Shown piece by piece: positions 1-8,960 of a DNA stretch of 45,811 nt. A model generated the notes under the pieces. It made no database searches. It saw nothing but the letters and a program-made list of their open reading frames with translations, and was not told where the DNA came from. This DNA comes from a virus (Duplodnaviria; Caudoviricetes). Both the position numbers and the translations under genes were made by a program. Location: positions 1 through 45,811 of the IMG/VR virus record IMGVR_UViG_3300032212_000028, one strand, 5' to 3'. Positions within the stretch are counted from its first letter, which is position 1, and each line of letters begins with the position of its first letter.

Positions 1-116
1 TTTGGTGGGTTAATCATTTTTTAACTCCTAAAAATTTGTTGATTTCTTCTTCTGAATACTCTGAAATAAAAAACATACAAGAAACCTCAATACATACGCC
101 AACAATAACAGAAATT
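1..116. repeat. Terminal direct repeat, left copy (identical to 45696-45811)
   Basis: tttggtgggt...aacagaaatt matches the last 116 nt exactly. The ORF 14..208 stop overlaps the 45323..45712 start across the junction. Confidence 0.97.
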
Positions 117-208
117 GAAACTAGCTCAGAGCTAGCTTCATTAAACAAATAATAAAGTGCGTAGGGTAATAAAACCATAAACAATATAATGTGCCATTTT
201 TTAATCAT
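14..208 (-). CDS. Small membrane protein, two predicted TM segments
   Basis: Two hydrophobic stretches (IILFMVLLPYALYYLF; LVSISVIVGVCIEVSCMFFI); coupled to neighbours by ATGA overlaps. Confidence 0.6.
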   Translation of the reverse strand: MIKKWHIILFMVLLPYALYYLFNEASSELVSISVIVGVCIEVSCMFFISEYSEEEINKFLGVKK

Positions 209-462
209 TTTAGTTTCCCTTGAATTAATTCAGACAAAACACCTGGAGCATAACATCTAATGTATCTAACTAAGTCAGCGTCGTTTAACTTTATTCTCGC
301 TATATTCCGACTACCTCCCCACGCCTTAGGCCCTGCTATTCTAAACCCGTCTTTTGGTTTATCATTTTCATCAATCGGCGATAGGTAAGCAAGCTTGCAT
401 CCTTCTGCGTTAATCTCTACTTCTAATAAGTGGTTCATTTTATCTATCTCCATATTTATCAA
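205..462 (-). CDS. Hypothetical phage protein
   Basis: In operon orientation; carries a GFRIAGPKAWGG motif. Confidence 0.6.
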   Translation of the reverse strand: MINMEIDKMNHLLEVEINAEGCKLAYLSPIDENDKPKDGFRIAGPKAWGGSRNIARIKLNDADLVRYIRCYAPGVLSELIQGKLK

Positions 463-590
463 GTGCGTAGCTTATTGTCATCATGGTTAAAGTCACAATA
501 ATTGGGAATGTTATTAAAAGTAACAATAAAGCTAATAACAAAATCATTCCAACGATTATAAATATTGTTTCTTTTGCCTCGGATATTATT

Positions 591-833
591 TTATTCATTG
601 TCTTTTTCTTTAAATGATAAAACGTTACATTTTTCTTTCTGCATGATATTGCCGTTTATTGTGTCTCTAAGCCTTATCAGTGATTCGAGCATCATTTCAT
701 GTAACATTTCAGATCTTTGTAAAGGCGTTTTACATAGCTTTAACCGATTATCGATAGCCCATTGAGCTTTCTGAGCCTCTTCGTTATCTTCTAAGAGTTT
801 TTCTAGCTCACTTTCTAGTGACTCAAGGCTCAT
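591..833 (-). CDS. DUF3135-like helical protein (start moved to MSLES at 833)
   Basis: QWAIDNRLKLCKTPLQRSEMLHEMMLESL...NVLSF resembles DUF3135; the ATG at 833 removes the overlap with 838..1080. Confidence 0.5.
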   Translation of the reverse strand: MSLESLESELEKLLEDNEEAQKAQWAIDNRLKLCKTPLQRSEMLHEMMLESLIRLRDTINGNIMQKEKCNVLSFKEKDNE

Positions 834-837
834 AATC

Positions 838-1080
838 TTATGCTCTGTCTTTGAACTCTGACAAGTTAGAAAGCTCTTGCAGCGCCCTATCACACTCTCT
901 ATGCTGCATCGATGTACGCCTTTCATACTCGCGACTAACTGCCAACTCCCTGCGCAACCTTTCAGCAATTGTTAAAACAGATATCGCTGCGTCTGGTCGT
1001 TTGAATTCCTTAAATTGACCGCTATCATCAACCAAGCTTTCTAGTTCGTCAGCAAGCTCTTTGAGTGTTTTAGTGTTCAT
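838..1080 (-). CDS. Hypothetical coiled-coil protein
   Basis: ORF in operon context with heptad-like composition. Confidence 0.55.
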   Translation of the reverse strand: MNTKTLKELADELESLVDDSGQFKEFKRPDAAISVLTIAERLRRELAVSREYERRTSMQHRECDRALQELSNLSEFKDRA

Positions 1081-1275
1081 TTTTGCTCCACGAATTCTTT
1101 GTCTAGCGTGTCTTCAAATTGTTTGTTTGCTATAACGTTGTTAAAGTACTGTATTAGGTTTTCGTAATATTTATCATGCTCTGGGTTGCTTTCCAGATAA
1201 GCATGAGTCGCTGCCTCAGCGCCAAACTGTATAGCGGTCATGAAATATATATCAATAACTTCAGCCCATTTCATT

Positions 1276-1482
1276 TTAAAGACTCCCTTTGTATAACTCG
1301 ATATTGCCTTGATGGATTGCGTGAGTTGTTCCACCAGCCCATTCAATTAAAGGCCTTGCATTTTCTGGCTTTGACCTTTCTGAAGAATTCCTATGAGGAC
1401 AAGTATTGGTAATACCGACAACCATACCTATCCTATTGCCGCTGACAACAATTTTTCCGTATTTACAGTCTTTTAACTTCAC
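1276..1482 (-). CDS. Hypothetical small beta protein
   Basis: AGGAG SD upstream; operon orientation. Confidence 0.55.
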   Translation of the reverse strand: MKLKDCKYGKIVVSGNRIGMVVGITNTCPHRNSSERSKPENARPLIEWAGGTTHAIHQGNIELYKGSL

Positions 1483-1492
1483 TTTAATCTCC

Positions 1493-1687
1493 TTAAATTA
1501 ACCCTAGCTCTTTGTTGATTTGATAGTTTTCAATTCTTCGTCTAATCTCTAACAGCTTATGCTTTTCGCTAGCTTTTATTTTTTTGTTCTTGTCTTTGAT
1601 TTCTTCAGCTTCTGTTTCTGTGACTACGAAGAATCTACCGTATTCTTTGCTTGATATAAAGTCAGTAAAGCTATTGCCTGTTTTCAT
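1493..1687 (-). CDS. Hypothetical protein
   Basis: ORF in operon orientation. Confidence 0.5.
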   Translation of the reverse strand: MKTGNSFTDFISSKEYGRFFVVTETEAEEIKDKNKKIKASEKHKLLEIRRRIENYQINKELGLI

Positions 1688-1778
1688 AGCGATATCTCAT
1701 AAATTGATATTAAAATAATAAAAACTATAACCACCACCCTTAAGGCTATCCTTTTTATTTCCATGTGGTATCCATCAT

Positions 1779-1979
1779 CTACCCCTCTGAATCAATGTCG
1801 TGTTTATCTTTGGCTGCCCTCAATAATCTGTTAGCCATGCCGCTAGCGTTCCCGCTACTTTTTAACCAAGCGATAATGTCTCCATCTAAGCTCAATGGCT
1901 GAGATGATTTGACTACCCTTCCAATAATCGGTCTGCCAGGCTTAATCAGCTTTTCAAATTTTTGTTTATTCTTCTTCAT
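1779..1979 (-). CDS. BrnA-antitoxin-like ribbon-helix-helix protein
   Basis: GRP...K...LSLDGDIIAWLKSSG...ANRLLRAA follows the BrnA-type pattern GRP..K..ITLRLD.DVL.WF...G....IN..LR. Confidence 0.55.
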   Translation of the reverse strand: MKKNKQKFEKLIKPGRPIIGRVVKSSQPLSLDGDIIAWLKSSGNASGMANRLLRAAKDKHDIDSEG

Positions 1980-2008
1980 TTATTACCCTTTTCTGAGTTA
2001 GTGAGGTG

Positions 2009-2038
2009 ATTATATATCTAATATTTAATTAAATACAA
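2009..2038 (-). promoter_or_regulatory. Sigma70-like promoter with palindromic operator
   Basis: TTGTAT-18-TATAAT; perfect palindrome TATTTAATTAAATA at 2022-2035. Confidence 0.55.
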
Positions 2039-2103
2039 TACAAATTAACTATAAGTGTATAGGCTCAAGCTATATAAATAGATTAATTGAATTTGTTTCA
2101 GGC

Positions 2104-2125
2104 AAAAAATACTCCGGTGAAGAGT
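2104..2125 (-). terminator. Probable rho-independent terminator after the tail spike
   Basis: ACTCT-TCACC-GGAGT hairpin followed by ATTTTTT. Confidence 0.5.
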
Positions 2126-2137
2126 TAAATTGATCTA

Positions 2138-4138
2138 TTAATCAAATAATCCTTTGCCTTTCAAGTCTGATATTATAGTCCCAACAACATCAGCGAGTTC
2201 TGCTATTGTTACCGTGTTAGCATCATAAGTTCTGTCTGTTAATCCGTTTGTAACTGTATAAGCAGGGTTCGATGATCCGACCTTTAGCTTTTGTCTAGCG
2301 TGTAATATTCCTAGAGTGTTGAGATATCCATTAGAAAGATAAACCACATAAGCATCTCCAACATCCCAGTCGTTATCTGTGCCGTCTGCTAGTGTCGCTG
2401 TGATTGTTGTTGCAGTGTTAGCTGTCACGATCCCCCAACTTCCATCGGTAGTGTTTTCTATCCGCGCATCAACAAAAGCGTTAATAGTCCACGATTCGCC
2501 AGAGTCTGTTAATATCGCCGCATTTGCTGCGCCGTCATGCGTGCCGCTAGCGGATGATATCTTTCTCCACGCTTGCCAAGCAAAAGCATCTGCATTCTGT
2601 CTAGTGTTATATATCTCAAGTCCAGTGCCTCTGGATGTGCTCGTATTCTCAAGTCTCAATGTCGTCAATAAGTTATTAGCTGTGAATAATTCAGATCCTG
2701 TTCTATACGATATTTTTGTTAGCCTTGGTGTGGTTGCCTGTTTGGAATTAAAAGTATAGTCAAGCCTGCTAGACATGACTACCGATCTTGTGCAGTTAGG
2801 CCCTAATACGTGGAAATAACCGCTAGACCATGTTCCCTCACTTCGGCAATCTTTAAAAGTGTTAGAGTCTCCATCATCATAGACTCCCTGCACCCCCTGC
2901 CCTTCCAATGAAATATCATTGAAGTGGTTGCCAGATGGGATCTTTGTTGACCCAGTTGATATCCTAAGATTTGTGTCTGTATCAGAAGTGCAAAAACCTC
3001 TACCACAATTGAACTGATTCTCATTTGTATAAGATGTTGCGCCTTGACCTTCCAACCAAAAATTATAGAACCCCCCAATCCCTTGAAGGTTGTCATATTT
3101 ATTGTGTGCGTTACCGCCTGATGTTGGATTCCAGTGGTGATTGTATTTTGAGAAGCGCGACTCTGCATCTATAACGCTACACTGAGTCATTTCTAAATAA
3201 GTTATACCAACATTCTCGGTAGCTCCATCATAAGTGGTTCTATCGACTTTAGGTCTATATATGTACATTCTGGATGGGGTAGTTACCCCGCCTATTGTTA
3301 TTCCAGATAGAACCGTATTCGACGATGGCACTATTCTTGCATTGCCTAGAAACCATATAGCTAAACCGTCATTTTCTAAAACCCATGATGCGCTGACGGT
3401 GTGGGCATAATCATCAACAATGCCCCAAACTCCGTTTAAATAAGCAAGTTCAGCCAGCTTATCTAGAATGGCTAGCTGGTCGCCTGTCGATGTGCCGCCC
3501 AGTTGAGAACTTGTTATCCGTTCGCTTATTACCAAGCTTAAGCTTATAGCAGCATTTAAAGGCACATCAACAATATTAAATCCGTTGTTTGTTGTGCTTG
3601 CTATGACTTTCCATCGCCCTCCGCCTCCGTTTCCAGCCGTTCGCTCTTCAAGATCAATATACATCCCTACTTGCCATCTAGCGCCATCCGCAAGACCAAG
3701 CGCTAATGTTGGATAAGTAAGGGGGTTTTTATCAGTCCATGATAGAGTTGTCCCGTCTGTTGTTAGTGTTTTTCCTTGATTCCCTGATTGCGCTGGTACG
3801 TTATCAGTAATTAGATACCATTCCGCCGAAACAAATGACGCTGTAGTAGTAAAAGGTATAACACTTGCTAGCGGAGCATAAACATTAGTTAAATATTCGA
3901 CCGTTAGAGTCGTTCTATCCACAAGAATGCTGGACGCGAAAGCAATCGGCGGCTCAAAACCTAATGTCGCAAGGTGTTGATCAAATGACTGTTTCGCTTC
4001 CTTGTTTATTTTTTGAATAGATTTAATCGAATCCCCATTAGAAGCGATAGCGTCTGTATTTTTGTCGCCATTGACCCATGTGTTAGCCGCGTCAATGTTC
4101 GTTTCAAGTTGGTTTAAATCGTCTGTAGATAATGCCAT
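2138..4138 (-). CDS. Tail spike / receptor-binding protein with probable beta-helix
   Basis: Last gene of the tail module; N-terminal GFEPPIAF...PFTT motif typical of spikes; central N/G-rich beta-helix-like region. Confidence 0.75.
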   Translation of the reverse strand: MALSTDDLNQLETNIDAANTWVNGDKNTDAIASNGDSIKSIQKINKEAKQSFDQHLATLGFEPPIAFASSILVDRTTLTVEYLTNVYAPLASVIPFTTTASFVSAEWYLITDNVPAQSGNQGKTLTTDGTTLSWTDKNPLTYPTLALGLADGARWQVGMYIDLEERTAGNGGGGRWKVIASTTNNGFNIVDVPLNAAISLSLVISERITSSQLGGTSTGDQLAILDKLAELAYLNGVWGIVDDYAHTVSASWVLENDGLAIWFLGNARIVPSSNTVLSGITIGGVTTPSRMYIYRPKVDRTTYDGATENVGITYLEMTQCSVIDAESRFSKYNHHWNPTSGGNAHNKYDNLQGIGGFYNFWLEGQGATSYTNENQFNCGRGFCTSDTDTNLRISTGSTKIPSGNHFNDISLEGQGVQGVYDDGDSNTFKDCRSEGTWSSGYFHVLGPNCTRSVVMSSRLDYTFNSKQATTPRLTKISYRTGSELFTANNLLTTLRLENTSTSRGTGLEIYNTRQNADAFAWQAWRKISSASGTHDGAANAAILTDSGESWTINAFVDARIENTTDGSWGIVTANTATTITATLADGTDNDWDVGDAYVVYLSNGYLNTLGILHARQKLKVGSSNPAYTVTNGLTDRTYDANTVTIAELADVVGTIISDLKGKGLFD

Positions 4139-4148
4139 TTTTTAACCT

Positions 4149-4556
4149 CTATAATTTAGCTATACCATTAGCGTTCCAGATTATTTCTAAGTCCCTTGCC
4201 GATTCTGTTGTGATTGGAAGCGTTACACCAGAATCAATGTATAATATTAACGGGCTTGTGGCTTCAACGCCTGTATCATTGTAAATAACCAAAGCCTCAA
4301 CCACCCCCACTGCTGGAGTAGTGAAAGTTGTATCTGCTGCGTCTAAATAAGATTCTAATGACACGCCAAAAGTAACACTAGCCATTGTAGCGGTCGCTAA
4401 TCTAGCGCCGACTGGTATGTCGTCTAAAAAATCATGCGCTTGAGAAAAAGTATATAAACCCTCTTCAATAGCGATGATTTTAGGGTTTGATAGCGTATTC
4501 AGATTTAAACCTGCTTTACCTATCGTTGTTTTTGTTTTGTCATACCATGCGTTCAT
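4149..4556 (-). CDS. Minor tail / fibre-associated virion protein
   Basis: DAADTTF...EALVIYNDTG..TSPLILYID..LPIT...WNANGIAKL, a widespread phage tail-associated motif. Confidence 0.7.
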   Translation of the reverse strand: MNAWYDKTKTTIGKAGLNLNTLSNPKIIAIEEGLYTFSQAHDFLDDIPVGARLATATMASVTFGVSLESYLDAADTTFTTPAVGVVEALVIYNDTGVEATSPLILYIDSGVTLPITTESARDLEIIWNANGIAKL

Positions 4557-4563
4557 TCTTCAC

Positions 4564-7500
4564 CTATATCGGGGGTACGCCATCAACACTAAATGTAAAC
4601 GAGGCTACGCCCGTTGTATTTGCTGGCGTTGCTATCTCTCTTATCTCCACAGTGATATCAACTGTTGTTATCCCAGACACAGAGTCTATAACTCTAATCC
4701 CCTCAGTGCCAGTGTGCGCAACAAACGATCCGAAAACCGTTCCGCCTACAGATGCAACCGTCCCAGATCCAGCGGTTTTTGACTGGGTTATTTTAATTTC
4801 GTAATTATCCGGATCATCACCAATAACTTTAGGCCTGTAATCACCAGCGCCTGAATCTGGTGATGAGCCGTATCCTGAAATGCTCCATGTTCCGTCTATA
4901 TTTGCGCTAAATGTCATTCTAGCAAATTCAGCGACATTAGTCGCCGAATAAGTTCCTGTCGGGGCTGCACTCCATGCCAGCGTTTCTGAAGCAACCGCTG
5001 CTAGTTTAATAGTATGGCTTTCTATTATATTGCCACTTGCTACCGCGTCCGCTGATACTGATATTAGCGTTGTTTCGTGATCTGGTGGTATTTCCGCATC
5101 AGGCGCATAAACAAGCGGATTATAATTAGTTAATTCTAGCCTTACATAACCATTGTTTTTTGGTGAGTTTTTTTGTATCACATAGTCTTTTATTTTAGTT
5201 TCGTTGGTTAATGCAAAAGTGTAAAGCGTCCCTACTTGGTAATTTAACTCACCCCTCACCCGAACCGTTATACTAGGGGTAGATCCTAAAATAAACCCGT
5301 ATTCATCACCAGGTATTTGGGTCACTGTTATTTCGCTATCAACCAACCCAGATTCATCCCTTAAGATTACCGTCCCGTTCGCACTTCCTTTAAAGTCAAT
5401 AGGTGTATAAGTGCTAACAGCTAGACCGTTGATCGCTTTAATCTCACCAGATTGGGCTTTAATATCTGTCCCGTCGGCATTCGCCACCCTATCGCCAGTT
5501 ACCGCATAAAGCCCTTCGCTTGTTGATTCAAAGACGATCGACTCTCGATTAAGTTTTAATTTGTTAAATTCTATTTTTGCTCTATTCCATGCTTGTTTAA
5601 AATTTCTTATCCCAGCGGCTTCTATTTTTTTAGGGTTTGTCTCTCCGTTGTCAGGGAGCTTTACGGTAAAAGACTCTCCTGTATCTTCCCAAACCCATTG
5701 TAATTCTACGCCGTCAAAATCATTCGGCTTTTGTAGTCTAATTGATTTTTTTTCTGATTTCGGTTTTTTGTTTCGATTGTTAAATAGTGTTACTCGGTTA
5801 ATTCTTTCTTCATCCCTCGCAAATTCTAACCTGTCGCCTATTTTTTTAATAAACACCCTGCAAGCGTTTGCAATAGTTATTATTTCATCCTTTACACTCG
5901 ATTTCTCTGAACTGAAAGAATAGCTAAATCGACCTAAAATAGAGCCGTACAGCGAAACATTATCTAGTTGCTCCTGTATAGCATAAAGTCCATCTAGATC
6001 GATGCTGGTTGTTGGTTTGTTTCCTATAAAGGAATTCGTTGAGTGCTCTAATAGCGCATCAGCAAACCGTGTCGTGCCAGACAAAGCAGGGATTATAGCG
6101 CCGCCAGACGTTGTATAAGTTCTTAACTTTCTGGTTACTACAGCATTAAACTTTCTTTCTTGTGATTGGGTTGCTTGATCGGTAGCCTGCGTGGTTAATA
6201 GTATCGTCGTAATGTTGCCCTGATTGTAGCTGGTTATTTTTCCAGCTCCACCAAGTCTTGCCCATTTAGTTTGATCATAATAACTAGAATCGTTTACAGT
6301 ATTACTTATACGTTGAACGCTTGCCTGATATCTAGATCCAGCGTTCGATGGGGTTATTTTAAACGTGTAAAACCTAGCGTCTAAAGTATTGTCAGAGATA
6401 TACACTGTTGTTGTTTCAGTATTTATAATATTACCTTGACTATCTATCTCATCAAGAATTAAATCTAATTGTACTGTGACTGTTGTTGTGCTTCCAGATT
6501 GTCTATTAGCTAAACCTCGCGGCGCTACAATATCAAACCATACTTCCTCGGTATCTCCCGGTACAATGAAAGCGCCTATTAGATCTGAGCCAGGTGATCC
6601 AAGTGCTGAAAAAGAAACGGAGCTATTTACAGTTTCATCGGTCAGCGACTCTTCTACAGTGATAGAGTAGCTGTAAAAGTCGATATAATCTGGCGGCTCG
6701 TTAACGCCACCACTTTTGGCAAAACTAACAAAAGTATAAGTACCATTGTTATTTGTTGTGCCAGCAACAACAAACTCATCCCCCTCACTCAAGCTTTCAA
6801 ATGCTGCTAAGCCGCCTTGAAACCCACTTATCTTTTTGCTTGACGCTGTAAAAATCACATTTGACGCGTTGGTGTCGAAGTTTGTTGCATCATTTGGCGC
6901 TGTAACTTCTTGACCGTTAACCTCGTTTGAGTCTGTTACATCTAGCAACTCTGGAATAATCGAGTTAGGTGCGTAAGTCGTAAATGTTGATCCAGAAATT
7001 TCACTTAAAAGCGTTTCACCGCTTTTGATGTTATCTATCTGAAATTCACCGCGACCGACAACAAGATATTCAGTCACAAATTTAACATGTTGAATATATT
7101 CGGTCACTGTTTTCGCCCCAAGGTCGGGGTATACTCTCATCCTGCCGTAAATATCTGGAATTCTAGCTAAGGGTCTGGCTATATTTGTTTGACCAGTCAG
7201 TCTATTGTTTGGACTTTCGTTAGTCTTTGCAAAGTTTGGATTCTCTGGCGCTGGTGGCGGTGAGATATCAGGCGTTAAAACAACCGCCGCAACTACTGCG
7301 ATGATAACAGCATAAAGAACTTCTATACCTTGCGGTCTGTGTACAATGTTAATTATATCGTGGTCATTTAGCTCTAAATTAATGTCATTATAGTTATCTA
7401 GATTTATTGCATTTTCTTCTACAACATCCCCATTAAAGATCACTGTAGGCGTATTAAACCCATGCTCACCATATTCAGATATGAGCCAATCTAAAAGATT

Positions 7501-7572
7501 TCCATCAACCGAATGAATAATTCTTTTATTGATCCCTTCTGGATCGTGATGAACAATAACGCTAGCCGGCAT
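4564..7572 (-). CDS. Central tail tip / host-specificity protein (lambda J-like)
   Basis: ESPNNRLTGQTNIARPLARIPDIYGRMRVYPDL motif; 1002 aa; follows the NlpC gene. Confidence 0.85.
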   Translation of the reverse strand: MPASVIVHHDPEGINKRIIHSVDGNLLDWLISEYGEHGFNTPTVIFNGDVVEENAINLDNYNDINLELNDHDIINIVHRPQGIEVLYAVIIAVVAAVVLTPDISPPPAPENPNFAKTNESPNNRLTGQTNIARPLARIPDIYGRMRVYPDLGAKTVTEYIQHVKFVTEYLVVGRGEFQIDNIKSGETLLSEISGSTFTTYAPNSIIPELLDVTDSNEVNGQEVTAPNDATNFDTNASNVIFTASSKKISGFQGGLAAFESLSEGDEFVVAGTTNNNGTYTFVSFAKSGGVNEPPDYIDFYSYSITVEESLTDETVNSSVSFSALGSPGSDLIGAFIVPGDTEEVWFDIVAPRGLANRQSGSTTTVTVQLDLILDEIDSQGNIINTETTTVYISDNTLDARFYTFKITPSNAGSRYQASVQRISNTVNDSSYYDQTKWARLGGAGKITSYNQGNITTILLTTQATDQATQSQERKFNAVVTRKLRTYTTSGGAIIPALSGTTRFADALLEHSTNSFIGNKPTTSIDLDGLYAIQEQLDNVSLYGSILGRFSYSFSSEKSSVKDEIITIANACRVFIKKIGDRLEFARDEERINRVTLFNNRNKKPKSEKKSIRLQKPNDFDGVELQWVWEDTGESFTVKLPDNGETNPKKIEAAGIRNFKQAWNRAKIEFNKLKLNRESIVFESTSEGLYAVTGDRVANADGTDIKAQSGEIKAINGLAVSTYTPIDFKGSANGTVILRDESGLVDSEITVTQIPGDEYGFILGSTPSITVRVRGELNYQVGTLYTFALTNETKIKDYVIQKNSPKNNGYVRLELTNYNPLVYAPDAEIPPDHETTLISVSADAVASGNIIESHTIKLAAVASETLAWSAAPTGTYSATNVAEFARMTFSANIDGTWSISGYGSSPDSGAGDYRPKVIGDDPDNYEIKITQSKTAGSGTVASVGGTVFGSFVAHTGTEGIRVIDSVSGITTVDITVEIREIATPANTTGVASFTFSVDGVPPI

Positions 7573-7966
7573 ATCGATAGTACTCTAAGCGCTTAAACAG
7601 GCGCTTAATTAGTTTAATATCGTGTATCTCTGATTGTCCGTTTTCTCTCGTCATAGAATGTAGTACTTTGCCTTTTCCGATGAAAATTCCGACATGTTCT
7701 GGTCTGCCAGTCATTCTATTAACCATCATTATAACATCATTAATTGCTGGGTTTTCGGTTTGAATCCAGTCTTGCGTGCTATCTCTAACCATCTCTATTT
7801 TGTCGGATGTTTTTTCAGAATTGTTAATTTCAGATACATTATAATGACCTATTTCTATATTTAATAAATCTTTGTATACCATCTTAACAATACCCCAGCA
7901 ATCCGCGCCTTCTTCAGTTGATCCTCCGCAAACCCAAGGTATTCCAATGTATTTATTATAATTCAT
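7562..7966 (-). CDS. NlpC/P60 tail assembly protein (lambda K-like)
   Basis: YIGIPW...GADCWGIV...HVGIF...LHS catalytic Cys/His motifs. Confidence 0.9.
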   Translation of the reverse strand: MNYNKYIGIPWVCGGSTEEGADCWGIVKMVYKDLLNIEIGHYNVSEINNSEKTSDKIEMVRDSTQDWIQTENPAINDVIMMVNRMTGRPEHVGIFIGKGKVLHSMTRENGQSEIHDIKLIKRLFKRLEYYRYAG

Positions 7967-8481
7967 ATATTTCTCAGCGTCGGGAATCTCTCGATAGTGT
8001 AAAGCTCCCCAGCCCTCTTGGTTGCAAAATTAACATCTTCACAATTAACTGAAACTGATTCGTAACCATTGAAAGATACGTTAGCAACTGATAGCGATAA
8101 AACCAAAACTGGTTCAGTTAGATCTCCGCTGTAAAATTTTCTGTAAATTAACTCGATTGGTATCAATGATCCAGTTTCGGTTATTTGCGCTAATTGATCG
8201 TTAACCTCATTCCCTACAGCGCCCATGTCAACCGATAAAATCTGCTCAACTTCACCGCTTTCAATCGGTTCGTTGATATTCATGCTAATTGCTGTAAATG
8301 TAACGCTTGTTGATGGGTTTCGCGGTGCGGTAGACTCTAATGTCAGATTAATATCTTTGAAGTCTTTAACAAATCGTAATGTCTGATCAAAATCAGGATG
8401 ATACAACTCAATTGTTCGGTACTCCCTCTCAGCTTGAGGCGCGCTCGCAACAAATTTCTTATACTCGTCTAAGCTAGCCAC
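7963..8481 (-). CDS. Tail tip protein, DUF1833-like
   Basis: TIELYHPDF...YTIERFPTL; canonical position between Dit and NlpC. Confidence 0.8.
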   Translation of the reverse strand: MASLDEYKKFVASAPQAEREYRTIELYHPDFDQTLRFVKDFKDINLTLESTAPRNPSTSVTFTAISMNINEPIESGEVEQILSVDMGAVGNEVNDQLAQITETGSLIPIELIYRKFYSGDLTEPVLVLSLSVANVSFNGYESVSVNCEDVNFATKRAGELYTIERFPTLRNI

Positions 8482-8960
8482 TAACCGACCTCTGGCAATT
8501 CATTGTTAACAATGTTATTGAATTGGTCGAACCACGGTTGAAGGTTGCCTGAAATTGATTCTCTTAGCGCTAACGTTTCGTTGTATTCTTCTAGTGTATT
8601 ATATTGTTTTTCAACTGTTACTAGTGACGCTGATACGCGCCATAGCTTTCCGCTAAGGCTCGGCTTGTATGGTTTGTTAAAATAGCACTCATGTGTTTTT
8701 AATCCAGCCCCCACTTGTAAATTCATATTAAACGATATCGCGCCAAACTTAAGAGAGTGTTTATAAAAACCCTCGAACACCTGAAAATCAACAGGCTTAA
8801 ACAACCATGTCACAGTGGGAAAGCTAGCGCCGTCCTCGGATAATAGCTCAAACCTTGGCGCGCCAGTTTCAACATCATTCCGCCTAACCTTTTGAGCGTC
8901 AGAGTGCGTGTAACCAGTGACTAGCGGGATAGGTAGATTGGTAGGGTAATTAACAGCCAT
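8481..8960 (-). CDS. Distal tail protein (Dit/gpM-like)
   Basis: YPTNLPIPLVTGY...VETGAPR...FEGFYKHSLKFGAISF; directly after the tape measure. Confidence 0.75.
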   Translation of the reverse strand: MAVNYPTNLPIPLVTGYTHSDAQKVRRNDVETGAPRFELLSEDGASFPTVTWLFKPVDFQVFEGFYKHSLKFGAISFNMNLQVGAGLKTHECYFNKPYKPSLSGKLWRVSASLVTVEKQYNTLEEYNETLALRESISGNLQPWFDQFNNIVNNELPEVG

